A stretch of DNA of 64,000 nt. Source: Octopus vulgaris. Its lineage: Eukaryota. This document shows, in pieces, positions 13,751-26,689 of this stretch. The stretch is from the NCBI GenBank assembly GCA_951406725.2, contig OX597822.1, forward strand, positions 16,120,001 through 16,184,000, in the 5' to 3' direction. The notes beneath the pieces were generated by a model, which did not search any database, was not told the origin of the DNA, and saw only the letters and a program-made list of their open reading frames with translations. Every line of letters starts with the position of its first letter. Position 1 is the stretch's first letter. A program made the position numbers and the translations under genes.

Positions 13751-13968
13751 TGAGTGAGAGAGCAGTGTATGCCATCTAAGTGATACTGGGATAAAATATA
13801 CGAAGCCTAATATATCCATCATGACTATCCGTCTGACAAGGGTACACCAGGGTTTCATAAGGCACATTCATCACAACCATATTTGCTATAGCACATAAAT
13901 TATACCAAGACGAACCATGTACATGATAACACTTCGAATCATTTAAGATTAGACGCCATGAGAACCGA
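13751..13968 (-). mobile_element. Family C, internally deleted copy
   Basis: Both terminal regions of family C joined directly. Confidence 0.7.
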
Positions 13969-15224
13969 TGTATATATGTATGCAAGCATGTATGCGTGTG
14001 TGTGTATTTGTGTGTGTGTGTATTTGCGTATGTTTGTAATAGATAACCGATCGCTGTGAAATCGAACTGTGGACCACAGTTTACCGATGTTTATCGACCA
14101 AAATCTTAAGAGGTGGTGACAAAAGCAAGCAATGAGTTCTTTATTTGTTTCTGTAACCGAATTACACGGATACTTCATTGTTAGTCCGGATTTGGATACT
14201 ATAACCAAACAGTGAGTGGCAAGTCTGAAATTTGTGACGAACGATGCTATTTTCGATCAATTGCGGAGTAGAAATAAATAAATATGAGAGAATTAACAGA
14301 ATATATATTTATAGACACTAGGAACATATATACATGTTGACGTTTGTGTTCGCATTTAAAATTTGAAAACAAATCCGATATGACATCAAAATATATTCTT
14401 ATAATATGCCTGTCAAAGACTATGAAGCGAAATGTCAAAAACGGGGCGAAAATCGGAATATTTTTGTATCATGTCATGATGCACTGGTGTTCACAAAATA
14501 TTGTAGTACCTCCTCCAATACAACAATAGACCACTGCTTGGATTAATGAATATGTTACCATTTCTACTACTATAGAATGATAGTTTATGCATTAATATTT
14601 TATTGATTTATATGACTGGGACAGAGTTGCGTATTTTTGCAGCGTTTACACTCGATTAAATCGATTTAGTACTTGACTGAACTAATTTCCTTCAGTGCGG
14701 AAGGATGAAGGCCAAGCCTCCTGCGTTCAAGATTTGGGAAGAGAAAGTCAAAATATGAGACTAAATAAAGATTTGTTACATTTTCACAAGATCCCATGTA
14801 CAGCAGTGCGTTCCTAGATTTCAATGGATCACTTACTTGAAAGGAAGTTTATTTCGCTGACAATAGGATGAGGAAAGGCGAATCCACCCTCAGTGATGTG
14901 AACTTATGTCACGTGTCCTGGTGCTTTGGGTGTTTAGCCTGTGATTATAAAGTCATTTAAACAAAGCTCGCTTTGATTCAGTCTGCTCAATTGTAAACTG
15001 CGTTCTAGCTCTGTCTACTCTGAGCTGCCTTTGAGTACCCAGGTTAAGAAGGGCAGGCGTGAGTGATTGTCTTTAGGGACTCGAAGACTAAGGTTTATTA
15101 CGACATCACACTGGATACCGCGAATGACAGCCGTTTGTACAAGATGAATGTCCCAGTATCACGGAGGCCTAGCAGGTGAAGCAATAACAAATTTGGCTCA
15201 AAATATTATATGTTGAAAACTTAT

Positions 15225-15277
<53 letters not shown>

Positions 15278-15290
15278 GTAATATTAATAC

Positions 15291-15328
<38 letters not shown>

Positions 15329-15329
<1 letters not shown>

Positions 15330-16455
15330 AGCTGGAAAACTACAATAAAATAACCACCATAGGACTGCAAAAATATCTACTTCAGAAGGAAGGAAAACTG
15401 ATACAAATAGCGGCAAAACACGAGCAAAACAAAAGACTGTTCTCAGTATTTAAGGAAGCTGACAAATGCAAACAAGAAATCATACCACCTAACAAATATG
15501 AAGAAGAAGAAGATGAAGAAACACCAAAAGCTATAAAACAAATGAAATCAAGCTAAAACTAGAACAGCAAAGAACCATGATTAAATGATGGCAAGAAAAG
15601 CCCCTTCATGGTAAGTACTGGACTAAACTAAATGCAATAGAAATAGACAAAGAAAAATCCCAGCAATGGTTGAGAAGCTCAGGACTCAAAGCAGAGACAG
15701 AGGGATATTTAATTGCAGCACAAGACCAAAGCCTCCCCACCAGAAATTACCAAAAACATATAATGAAAAGAAATATAACAAGTAAGTTCAGAATATGTGG
15801 AGATGGACAAGAAACAATAAATCATGTTATCTCTGGCTGCCCAGTCCTGGCTAAGAAAGAATATATTCACAGACATGACAGAGTTGGAACCTACATACAC
15901 TGGAAGCTATGTCAACATTATGGAATAACAACAGAAAAAAGATGGTATAGGCACACACCAGAAAAGGTCACAGAAAACGAGAAAGCAACCATACTCTGGG
16001 ATATACCGAATACACACAGATAGAGAAATTAAGGCCAACAGACCAGATATAGTTGTCAGAGATCTTGAAGAAAAAAATGCTTTCTAATTAATGTATCAAT
16101 ACCGGCAGATGACAACGTTTCTCTAAAAGAAATGGAGAAACTTTCAAAATACAAAGACCTAGAAATAGAGGTAACCAGAATGTGGAACCTGAAAACAGAA
16201 ACAATTCCTATCATAGTAGGTGCATTAGGCACGATAAAACAATATTCAGACAACTACATAACAAAAACACCAGGACTTACAAACACATATAACATACAGA
16301 AAATTGCACTACTAGGCACTGCACACATCCTACGCAGAACACTTTCCATACAATAACCATCAGAGCATCACAACAAATCACAGCACATACCCAAGGCACA
16401 CAGAGCTGCGCTCGGTAGTGAAGTGAAAGCACGCTATAAAAATAAAACTTCTGAA
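15329..16455 (+). mobile_element. R4/Dong-clade RLE non-LTR retrotransposon, 5'-truncated
   Basis: ETEGYLIAAQDQ, CCHC knuckle with the first Cys mutated, RHD, ILWD, RPDIVV, K..KY..L, IPIIVGALG, ALLGTAHILRR; (AAT)n on both flanks; frameshift near 16008. Confidence 0.92.
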
Positions 16456-16510
<55 letters not shown>

Positions 16511-16511
<1 letters not shown>

Positions 16512-16596
16512 CTTTCAAATCACAGCACATACCCAAGGCACACAGAGCTGCGCTCGGTAGTGAAGTGAAAGCACGCTATAAAAATAAAACTACTGA
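16511..16596 (+). mobile_element. Second copy of the R4/Dong 3' UTR
   Basis: Near-identical to 16373-16455, again ending in (AAT)n. Confidence 0.85.
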
Positions 16597-16613
16597 ATAA
16601 TAATAATAATAAT

Positions 16614-17383
16614 ATGCGTTTGGTTAAACAGACTATATGAAAAGAAAGAATGATGGCAGAGTACTAATTAGTATAGACTACTGTATAAGGAGTGAAAGGA
16701 GAACTCTTGCCGAATATTTGATAAATAGTGATGAAGACCTGCTGCAATATGCTGCGGAAAATATGGGTATAAATGCAGATGAAATGATGGGCAAGAAAGA
16801 GTTTAAGCAAAGAGGTGAGGAGAAGAGAAAAGAAGATCTTTTTAGAATGAGAATGCATGGATAGTTTGGACGGAATGCACAATCAAAAGAGTACTGGAGT
16901 CAGAGAAATGTAAGATTTTGTGGGACTTTCCTATTCAAACATACCAGAAGTAAGAAAATAATAGACCAGACAAATAATCATAGATAGGAACAGCGAAGTT
17001 GCTTATTTATCGAAGCATCATGTCCGTTTGATACCAGGATCATAAAGAAAGAGCAAGAAAAACAAAACAACAAAACAAAAAATACAATCCTTTAAAATTT
17101 GAAATGGGAAGAATTTGGAGCATGTGAACAATGAAGGTAGTGACTGCTATAATTGGTGCGCTGGAAACAGTGAGGAAAGATTTAGACAAATGGTTGAAGG
17201 AGATTAGAATAGAATGACCAGTAGAGCTCCTGCAGAAAGTTTGTCTCTTAGGGACAGCAAGGATTATCAGGAGGGTTCTAAGCACTCGAAAAGACTGCTG
17301 AAAACTTGTGGATAACTAAGGTTACAGGTAGTAACCTGCTACCCACATAAAACCTATCAAGAATAGGACGGAACCTGAACCAA
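16614..17383 (+). mobile_element. R4/Dong-clade RLE LINE fragment, different family, decayed
   Basis: RLYMKRK.DGRVLIS, KILWDFPIQT, RPD, SCPFD, IIGAL, LLQKVCLLGTARIIRRVL; internal deletion; TAA tail. Confidence 0.85.
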
Positions 17384-17399
17384 ATAATAATAATAATAT

Positions 17400-17488
<89 letters not shown>

Positions 17489-17933
17489 GTGATGGTGATG
17501 GTGATGATGATGATGATGATGGCTTCATAATATGACATAAGGTCTATACATTTATAGCGAGAATATATGATGAGAGAAAGCTAGAAGAATTTGGTCGTGA
17601 TAAAATTTATATGCATTATCAATATTTTTTTTTCTTTTAGCCTTTAGCAGAATATTTTTCGCTTTCGTTGGGAGGTGCAAATTTATTTTTGATATGATAT
17701 TAGTTCATCACATAACATCACGAATGCCTCCGGCGTTGAAAGAGGCTCAATTTTGCCAACCAGTCAAGCAGTTCTCTAAGCAGCAGTAGCAGTCCGCAGT
17801 GGCAGTAGTAGTAGTAGTAGTAGTAGTAGTGTCTTTATTAATAATATTCATGCTATGAATTTAATGAGTCGGAATAGAGTTGCCTGTATTGATGCAGTGA
17901 TTTAAGAATTTGTGCGTGTGTGTATATATACAT

Positions 17934-17983
<50 letters not shown>

Positions 17984-18675
17984 GCGCAGACGCACATTCA
18001 TACATACTATATACAAATAATGAACATGGCTTTGTATATGTATGAGTATATATACATGCAAACACACACAACCATACACACACACCTATATAAAACGAAA
18101 AAAAAAAAGATTTCTTCCACTTGCATGATGACGAAATGTTGTAGTTAAGATGCCGTCAATCGGATGGTCTCTCAATCATGTTCTTGGTATTTATTTTATG
18201 GAAGGTGAGAGGGAGAAAAAGATACGACAAACTTGATCCTGGTGTTATTTAATCTGAAGTAAAAGATAAAATTCAGTCGTTATACGTGTTTTGACTGTTT
18301 CTCTAAAAGCATTGATTCGGGCAATGGCGTGCTGTTCTGATGATCACCTCCATATCCAAATGTTCTTGGTTCGACATTAAACGCTGAATTCTGTGCAAGA
18401 TATTTCCTTTGAGTGGGATTTTTAGAGAATATCTACAATGATAGATGCCACATATACAGTAATCTCTCGACTAATGCGGGTTGATTGTTATTATTTTATC
18501 GTCTTTTAATTTGTTCGGCTCAGCCCATTCTTTTTTGCTGAAGTTTGACTTGTGTTTTTGTTTGTGTATCTGTTGATATGGGTAATTCGTGGTGTATTTA
18601 CAGAATTGATCAAGTGTTTTGTTCTTACCTTTTGAAGGTGTGTAGTTACTTCTATTTCGGGCTAACGGTTCGTCT

Positions 18676-18725
<50 letters not shown>

Positions 18726-18727
18726 CT

Positions 18728-19125
18728 CTTTTACTTGTTTCACTCATTTGACTGTGGCCATGCTGGAGCACTGCCTTTAGTCGAGCAAAACGACCCCAAG
18801 ACTTATCCTTTGTAAGCCTAGTACTTATTCTATCGGACTCTTTTGTCGAACCGCTATGTTACGAGGGCGAAAACACAACAGCATCGGTTGTCAAGCGATA
18901 TTGGGAGGACAAACACAGACACACAAACACACACACACACACATATACATATACATATATACGACGGGATTCTTTCAGTTTCCGTCAACTAAATCAACTC
19001 CCAAGGCTTTGGTCGGCCCGAGGCTATAGTAGAAGACACTTGCCCAAGGTGCCACGCAGTGGGACTGGACCCGGAACCATGAGGTTCGTAAGCAAGCTAC
19101 TTACCACACAGCCACTCCTACGCCC
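18728..19125 (-). mobile_element. SINE family A (a partial second copy follows at 19150-19380)
   Basis: Full-length match to family A. Confidence 0.85.
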
Positions 19126-19377
19126 ATATATATATATATATATATATCAGATTAGTACTTATTCTATCGGAGTCTTTATCCGAACCGTTAAGTTACGTGG
19201 ACGTTAACAGACCAACATCGTTTGTCAAGCGGTGATGGGTGGGGATAACACAAACACAAATATACACATACATAAATACATATATATATATATATATATA
19301 TACGACGGGCTTCTTTCAGTTTCCATCAACCAAATCAACTCCCAAGGATTTGGTCAGCCCTAGGCTATAGTAGAAGA

Positions 19378-19424
<47 letters not shown>

Positions 19425-19496
19425 GGTCCCGGGTTGATTCGGGGTTAACCACAGTAAGTAAGGTACTCAATACATAGCAGAGTAAAATTAATTTAT

Positions 19497-19610
19497 TATA
19501 TAGAAGGAGCTTCTACAGGACTAGTACTGTTTCATTCAAGAGAAATCTTCAGGAAGCTTCCTGAAGATTTCTCTTGAATGAAACAGTACTAGTCCTGTAG
19601 AAGCTCCTTC

Positions 19611-19616
<6 letters not shown>
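19497..19616. repeat. Perfect 120-bp palindrome (likely inverted Penelope pLTR junction)
   Basis: Exact inverted repeat centred at 19556/19557 with no spacer. Confidence 0.95.
19555..19605 (+). ncRNA. Type I hammerhead ribozyme motif (mirror copy on - strand at 19508-19558)
   Basis: Stem I AGCTTC/GAAGCT, CTGAAGA core (19561-19567), weak stem II TTC/GAA with U-U closing pair, GAAA (19580-19583), stem III ACAG/CTGT, GTA cleavage triplet (19597-19599). Confidence 0.6.
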
Positions 19617-19658
<42 letters not shown>

Positions 19659-19702
19659 AATGTATGTATATATGTATGTGTGTAAAGACAGACAGATAGA
19701 CA

Positions 19703-19779
<77 letters not shown>

Positions 19780-19953
19780 ATATAAGTAACATGAGACGAT
19801 TGTACTACACTACCTTGGATATCCTCGTTGCTTATTTTGATTATAATCACCCCATTTGATTTATATGGATAATACCATACCAAATTTTGGTCCCTTTAAC
19901 TTAAGTACCAAATTCATCTGAATCTACATTTTGCTGAACGTATATATATATAT

Positions 19954-20010
<57 letters not shown>

Positions 20011-20134
20011 CAAAGAGATAGAGAGAGATTGATAGGTAGATAGATAGATAAATATATATATATATTTATATGTATATATATATGTATATATATATATATA
20101 TATACATAGAGAGAGAGAGAGAGAGAGATTGATG

Positions 20135-20229
<95 letters not shown>

Positions 20230-20803
20230 GTTTAGATCGAGGTTGATGTTTTGAACCGTCATTCGCCATTAGAAAGACTTGGTAATTGTATTTTCACCTC
20301 CATATCACCTGTTAATGCGAATAGGTCCTATACATTTGGCATATATGAATAGAGTGTGAGAGCAACAATCCACACCATAATGGTGTGATAACTTACCGAA
20401 ATTTCAAAACTAAATCAGAAATAAATTTGCCGAAAGTGTTTAAAGAATATTAAAACAAAATATTCAAAACGATTTTGTTCCTCAGACAAAATCTTTTTCT
20501 TAATATCAATATTAGTTTTGTTGCTGTTTTACTTGAAGCTATTGCCAAAGAATTGTTCAAAATAACCATGAGTTATTATTTTAACTTTCCTTCCAAGAAT
20601 TCCGTTGTATACATTTTATTTATTAGAAGAGCATAAATCAAGCTAGTATTGTGATGAACATTATGATCAACTAGGCAGCCGTTCGCAGAGAGATTCTAGG
20701 AATTAACTACGAAACGTAGCTATATGCATGTGCTTAAGAAATATCGCAAAAGGATTTGTGTTTGTAATTCATTCTTTGAAGTTTGTTAGTATTACCTTGT
20801 GTG

Positions 20804-20868
<65 letters not shown>

Positions 20869-21383
20869 TACCAGATTCACTCACGATGTTTCGATCGGCC
20901 CTATGCTATCATAGAAGACATTTGCCCAACGTGCCACGCAGTGAGACTGATCCCGGAACCATGTGATTGGGAAGCTAACTTACCACATAACCATGGCTGT
21001 GTTTATGCAAGAGACTTCCAGTTGGCTTCATGTACTATTTATGGACGAAGATACGTAAATATATAATGGGTGGCAAATTGTTGGACAAAAGAAAGAACAA
21101 TAGGGGTAAAAGGGAATTTTTTATCAAAAACCAATGCATATCCTGACTCGGGACGGCCATACTTTTATTAATTAATTCCTTACAATTTAAACAATTAACT
21201 AATCGATTGTTTCGTTACTGGTTCGGTCAGTCCAACAGCGAGATTTGTCGAAATTCTATCGCCAGTGGCGATTTCATAACTAACATTCTCCCACTGTTTC
21301 AGATAAGTCTGTATTTGATGAAAGGTCTGTGAGAAACCAGGCTGATTGAACGAACAATTACAAAGTAAAATATTAATTAATTA

Positions 21384-21386
<3 letters not shown>

Positions 21387-21447
<61 letters not shown>

Positions 21448-21481
21448 CATCATCATCATCATCATTATCATTATTATTATT

Positions 21482-21575
<94 letters not shown>

Positions 21576-21590
21576 TTAATAATAATAATA

Positions 21591-21635
<45 letters not shown>

Positions 21636-21669
21636 AATAATAATAATGATAATGATGCTGATGATGATG

Positions 21670-21753
<84 letters not shown>

Positions 21754-21768
21754 TTAATAATAATAATA

Positions 21769-21807
<39 letters not shown>

Positions 21808-21855
21808 AATAATAATAATGATAATGATGATGATGATGATAATAGTAATAATAAT
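21387..21855. repeat. Compound (TTA)n/(TAA)n/(ATC)n microsatellite with alternating orientation
   Basis: Read directly from the sequence. Confidence 0.95.
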
Positions 21856-22416
21856 AAATGCCCTGATGCAGTTCCAGACAGTGACTCTCATGGCTTCTGA
21901 TCTTAACTGATTTGAAGTGTTATCATGTACATTGTTTTGTCTTGGTATAAAAGATGGGTTTTACAGCAAATATTCTGCTCAATACCACAGATTTGCTTGT
22001 CAGTTGTTTGACCTTAACCAGTTGAGCATGTCCCTTAGTGGTTGACGATATGTGCATCTCTGATCACGAGCAGAAGTAGTGGGGGAGCATCATAGCCATG
22101 TGTTGAGAGGGATTCTTTGGGGTTTGAATAATTCACCTCTGGAAACATGGGTGGTTCTTTCAACATCCTTAAACAACCCTTATTCAGGGACCTTTTGAGC
22201 GGGATGGGCTACTCAACCTGAAGAAAATTCTAACTGGGCCCCACCTGCAAGGTCATGTGCTGTTTATCTTGATATGAGATCACCATGTCGCGCACATATG
22301 GTTGTGATGCATGTGCCTGGTGTACCCTTATCAGACGGGTAGTCATGATGGGTATATTGGGCTTCGTATATTTTACCCCATTGTCACTTTGATGGCATGC
22401 ACTGCTCTCTCACTCA
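21856..22416 (+). mobile_element. ~560-bp (TAA)n-flanked non-coding repeat (family C)
   Basis: AAATGCCCTGATGCAG...CTCTCACTCA between TAA tracts; homologous to 13159-13718. Confidence 0.8.
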
Positions 22417-23355
22417 ACAATAATAATAATATTAATAATAATATTAATAATGGTAATGATGATGATGATGAAACAAGGGAAATAGAACGAGAGTGTGCGT
22501 ATATTATTGGCAAAATGACCCACCCGAATGTCGAGTTCATGCCAAGAATCTTAAAAACGAAACCCAAAAACGAAATTTTCACACACATGCAGGCGTACGC
22601 ACGTAGATAAAGAAGCTGGGCATAAAGAATGTAATAATTTTTGGATATGGCAACACTAATCTTTCTCACAAAGTGATACATATCTTCGAAGTAAAAAGGG
22701 TGAAGGTTTATTAATTAAAACATAAATGAAATATATGCGAAAAGTCATACGATATAATTATTAGATATTTCGGTTGTAGAATATTATGTGAAATGTTATA
22801 AATAGTTTTGGGGAAATATATTTCAGGCCGTTAAAATGATGTAAATTATGTAAATGAAACCGTATCTCTAACATATGGATCCTATCATGTTTAGGATGGA
22901 GGAAAGGAAACTAAAAATGGAATGAAGAAGCGTAGTTTAGTTTCGAGGGAAAAGTTGAAATCGGATGTTGTATTTAGCATTACACACTTGAAATAAGAGC
23001 CGATGGGAAGGAGAAGCATTTACTAATAAGAAAGAATGCCCCTAAATCGAAGAATGGAATGTAAGTTTACGCATCAGATGAATTACGATAGTAAATCTGA
23101 GGAAAGTGATGATCAAAATTTTCATAATTTAAAATATAGAATTGACACGTTGGATGAATCAAGGAAGAAAACCCCGAGCAAAAAAGGGAAATGTAGAAAC
23201 GCTGTTATACAAGAGAAAACTAAACGTGTTGATGTGGATATTCGACAACCATAGGAAGTGAAAACTAGCCAAATTCTTAATTTGTATGAAATAAGCAAGT
23301 TCTAAGGTCATATGTATTAAATACAATAACGATAAAAAAAAGCTAAGATCCTTAC

Positions 23356-23702
23356 TATGAGCAAACTATAGCTAAACAAGAGAGAGCGCAGCACATTTTC
23401 TAAGTGATCGCAGTAGGCTAGCTGAGAATCTTCTATCACATACTGGGAATTATGCCAAACATATAAATCGTAAGTGAGGAGAGAAATTGTATGAGCCTCT
23501 TCCAACTTAAAAGTACAATCGGATATGGGAACATCAAAATCCACAGCTTGCTGAATCCATATATTAGAAACCGATAATTTTCTTGGAAAATTGCACTTGA
23601 AAGAATTTGAAAGAAATGATATTGCAATAGCTGAGGGCCCTTGAATTTAAGGATTAAGAAAACCTACAAATGGTTCAGGAACGACACTGCCCAAAATGGT
23701 AT
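23356..23702 (-). pseudogene. GREB1-like exon, 347 nt, single in-frame TAA (23647-23649)
   Basis: TTTATTTTATTTGCAG acceptor and GTAAGG donor; DTILGSVVPEPFVGFLNP*IQGPSAIAI...LENVLRSLLFSYSLLI; phase 1 in, phase 0 out, compatible with neighbours. Confidence 0.65.
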
Positions 23703-23829
23703 CTGCAAATAAAATAAATGTAACAACAGAGATGCTGCGATCTGTTACAGCCTTGACTAAAGTAGAAAAACCCGGAAAGCAATTTTTGACGGAAAAAAGA
23801 AACATACATTGTGTATAATTGCGATTTTT

Positions 23830-24027
23830 TATTCTAGGTCTGGTAGGCGAAGGGAGTTAATTGATCACATAGCACCCAGTCTTAACTGACACATATTTTA
23901 CCGACCCCGAAAGGGTGAAGCACAAAGTGTACCTCGGCGGAATTTGAATTCAGAACGTAAAGACGGACTAAATGCCGTTAAGTAATTTTGTCGGGTGTGC
24001 TAACGATTCTGCCAGTTCGTTGCCTTA
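23830..24027 (-). mobile_element. SINE family B monomer
   Basis: Head, Meta-like core and tail in reverse complement. Confidence 0.7.
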
Positions 24028-24519
24028 AATAATAATAATGTTTTCTGTTGAATTGGTGGGGGGAGGGGGGCAAGGAGAACTATTTAATTACATTGATGCC
24101 AGTGATTAGCAGCTAATTATTTCAACCACAGCGGCAAAGCTTCAACTCAAAACGAAAAACCTAAAAAATGTCGCAATGCAATTTGTCAACATGCAACTTG
24201 AATGTGTCATCTTACTAGAGTTATAAGGATGATGATGAGGAGGAGGAGGGGGAAGAGGAGGAGGAGGAGGAGGAGGATGGTGGTGGTGGTGGTGGTGGTG
24301 ATGGTGGTGGTGGTGATGATGATGATGAATACGTTTATTACAGAAAAAGTGCCGATGGTTTAGTTCAGTTTAGAAAAGCGCTGACTGTATTACATGAACG
24401 CTCGACAACCGGTGATGGTGTGTTTTGTCCCCATAAATTATCATACAGAACGCTATAGCGTTCTGTTTATCATTTATGCAGTCATCAAAATTGTTATAAT
24501 GTCTTGTTGTTGAGATAGG

Positions 24520-24621
24520 TTCTCTTTCTTTCCTGATGAGAAGATTACATTATTTTACACCGTTTATTCCTTTGAAATAAAACTAATGTTGTCTTCGAAA
24601 CATATGTCGAAAGTAAAAGAA
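24520..24621 (+). ncRNA. Canonical type I hammerhead ribozyme
   Basis: Stem I CTTTC/GAAAG (extendable), CTGATGA (24533-24539), stem II GAAGA/TCTTC with extension, GAAA (24597-24600), palindromic stem III ACATATGT, GTC cleavage triplet (24606-24608). Confidence 0.85.
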
Positions 24622-24675
24622 TTTGAATAACACCTGCGTTCAACACCATTTATTTACTTGTGTGAATCAATGGCG

Positions 24676-24847
24676 ATTTTTTTCCCTCTCTCTTCCCTTC
24701 TCTTGATCTTTCCTTCTCCTATGTTTCCGACGAAGAGCTCCGCTCGAAACGTTAAACCCTCCTTCCCTTCTTTCCTGAGCGTCCAATAATACTATATTTG
24801 TTCCACGTCCTCGCGTTGTTGTGTTTTTTGTGTTTTCTTGTTTGGAT

Positions 24848-24851
<4 letters not shown>
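24676..24851 (+). mobile_element. Penelope-like pLTR remnant with minimal hammerhead (24723-24757)
   Basis: GTTT-CCGACGA-A-GAGC(TCC)GCTC-GAAAC-GTT-AAAC; homologous to the reverse complement of 55119-55275; ends in (TA)n. Confidence 0.7.
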
Positions 24852-24888
<37 letters not shown>

Positions 24889-25202
24889 CACAAACGCTGA
24901 AGACTTTGTAAGTTACAAAAAGACTTAAGCGTTTGTTTACAAATATTATATGTAGTATTAGTCAGTTTAAGTAAATATTAACTAATTTTTGGCCAAATTG
25001 ATGGGTGAGCGTTTGACCAATCTGATCTGCAAGGAACTATCTTAGCTTTGATTCGTGGGTTCAATTCTGGCTGGGGTTATCTCATCAATTTCAGTCATTT
25101 CTTTGTATTTTTAAATTGTCGCTTCAAATCGGAGAATAAAATATTATCATATATTATTACAAAAACACACACACACATATATATATATAAACACACACAT
25201 AC

Positions 25203-25297
<95 letters not shown>

Positions 25298-25313
25298 TAT
25301 ATATATATATATA

Positions 25314-25933
25314 CTAGCAGTATTGCCCGGCTCAACGGGGATTTCAGGGGAGAGTTTCAAGGAGTCGCTGGCGATGTATCGTGATGATCAAAAATCCAGC
25401 CTGCTAAAATATGGTTAAAGTGATTCAAACTGCAGACTCAACGCAAAATGGTCACATTTAATTCAAAGCGTTAAAAATGTTATGAAAACAATTGGTATGT
25501 GTTCACAAAGTCCAAACGATTAATACGAAAAAACCCTCCAGGCTACATCCTGAAAATTCATTTCTTTGCCGAATTTCTACAATGTTTACGGCGATTCGTT
25601 TTTATATCTTGATTTTTTTATTTTTCATGCAATTTACGCATGCTTGCGCGCGTGGTGAACACAGTTCACGTCAAACAGCTGACTGAGTAAAGTTCACTAT
25701 TCAATGCATGGGATAAGGCCTAAACAAACACATTATCGATTTTTGCACTTGCGAGATGAATTTCCGAACAGAAATAGCGCACTTCAATTTCCATTCGCCT
25801 AAACTTTAAGTGACACATTTTTGGTGGTTCTACGATTTGTTGGCTAGGAGGAAATGTGCCGGGAAGTTAAACACACAGACACACACACACAGATACACAC
25901 ACAGACACACAAGTTGAGTTTTATATATATAGA
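25314..25933 (-). mobile_element. Non-autonomous Helitron
   Basis: On the minus strand: A|TCTATATATATAAAA ... hairpin remnant-CTAG|T, i.e. canonical termini and AT target. Confidence 0.75.
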
Positions 25934-26060
25934 TGTATACGTGTGTATATTTATGATCATCCATTTTAACTGATTTAATACGACATAATTTTCTTTATAT
26001 TTCATTATTTATGTATTATTTATCGATATATTAAACATAACACACAGACACAAAAGTTGA

Positions 26061-26110
<50 letters not shown>

Positions 26111-26598
26111 CATACATACACAGGTACGTTTGTTTTAGTCCTGTAGGACAGTTTTCATTTTCCTTTGCATTACTCTATGCTTATCTGTTTGCTGGCGCAG
26201 GCTTGTTTTGTTGTGATTGTTTTATTAGTATTTTTTTGGTATATATATGTTATTATTTTTGGTTGCATATATATTATTATTACTATTTTGTTGTTGCCTT
26301 CGCCTTCCCCTAAGGCCATATTCTATTTACTTCGTTTTTGTTTCCTTTTTTCTTTTTTGTCCATCGTTCCTCCTATTTTGTCCGTCTTGTTTTGTTATGT
26401 TTTGGTCGTATTCACAGCAAGAGAACTTGCTGATTGCCTGCACGGTGGATGCATTATCAATAATGGCACGAAATTGCACTCGACATATTGGCTGAAAACC
26501 GATCAGGAATAGATGACCTGTGTTTGTACTTCGTTCGTCTGTGCATTCAGTGCATTTAACGTTTTTCGGTCTGTTTATTATTACACGTATTTGACATC

Positions 26599-26646
<48 letters not shown>

Positions 26647-26689
26647 TACATACATGCATATGTGTATGTATGTGTCTGTGTGTGTGTTT

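Noticed and set aside
21858-21880. CCCTGATGCAG at the family C 5' end as a hammerhead
   Set aside because: Core is CTGATGC, with no GAAA or supporting stems.
26165-26512. Hydrophobic 115-aa ORF resembling a membrane protein
   Set aside because: T-rich low-complexity sequence; hydrophobicity is a composition effect.
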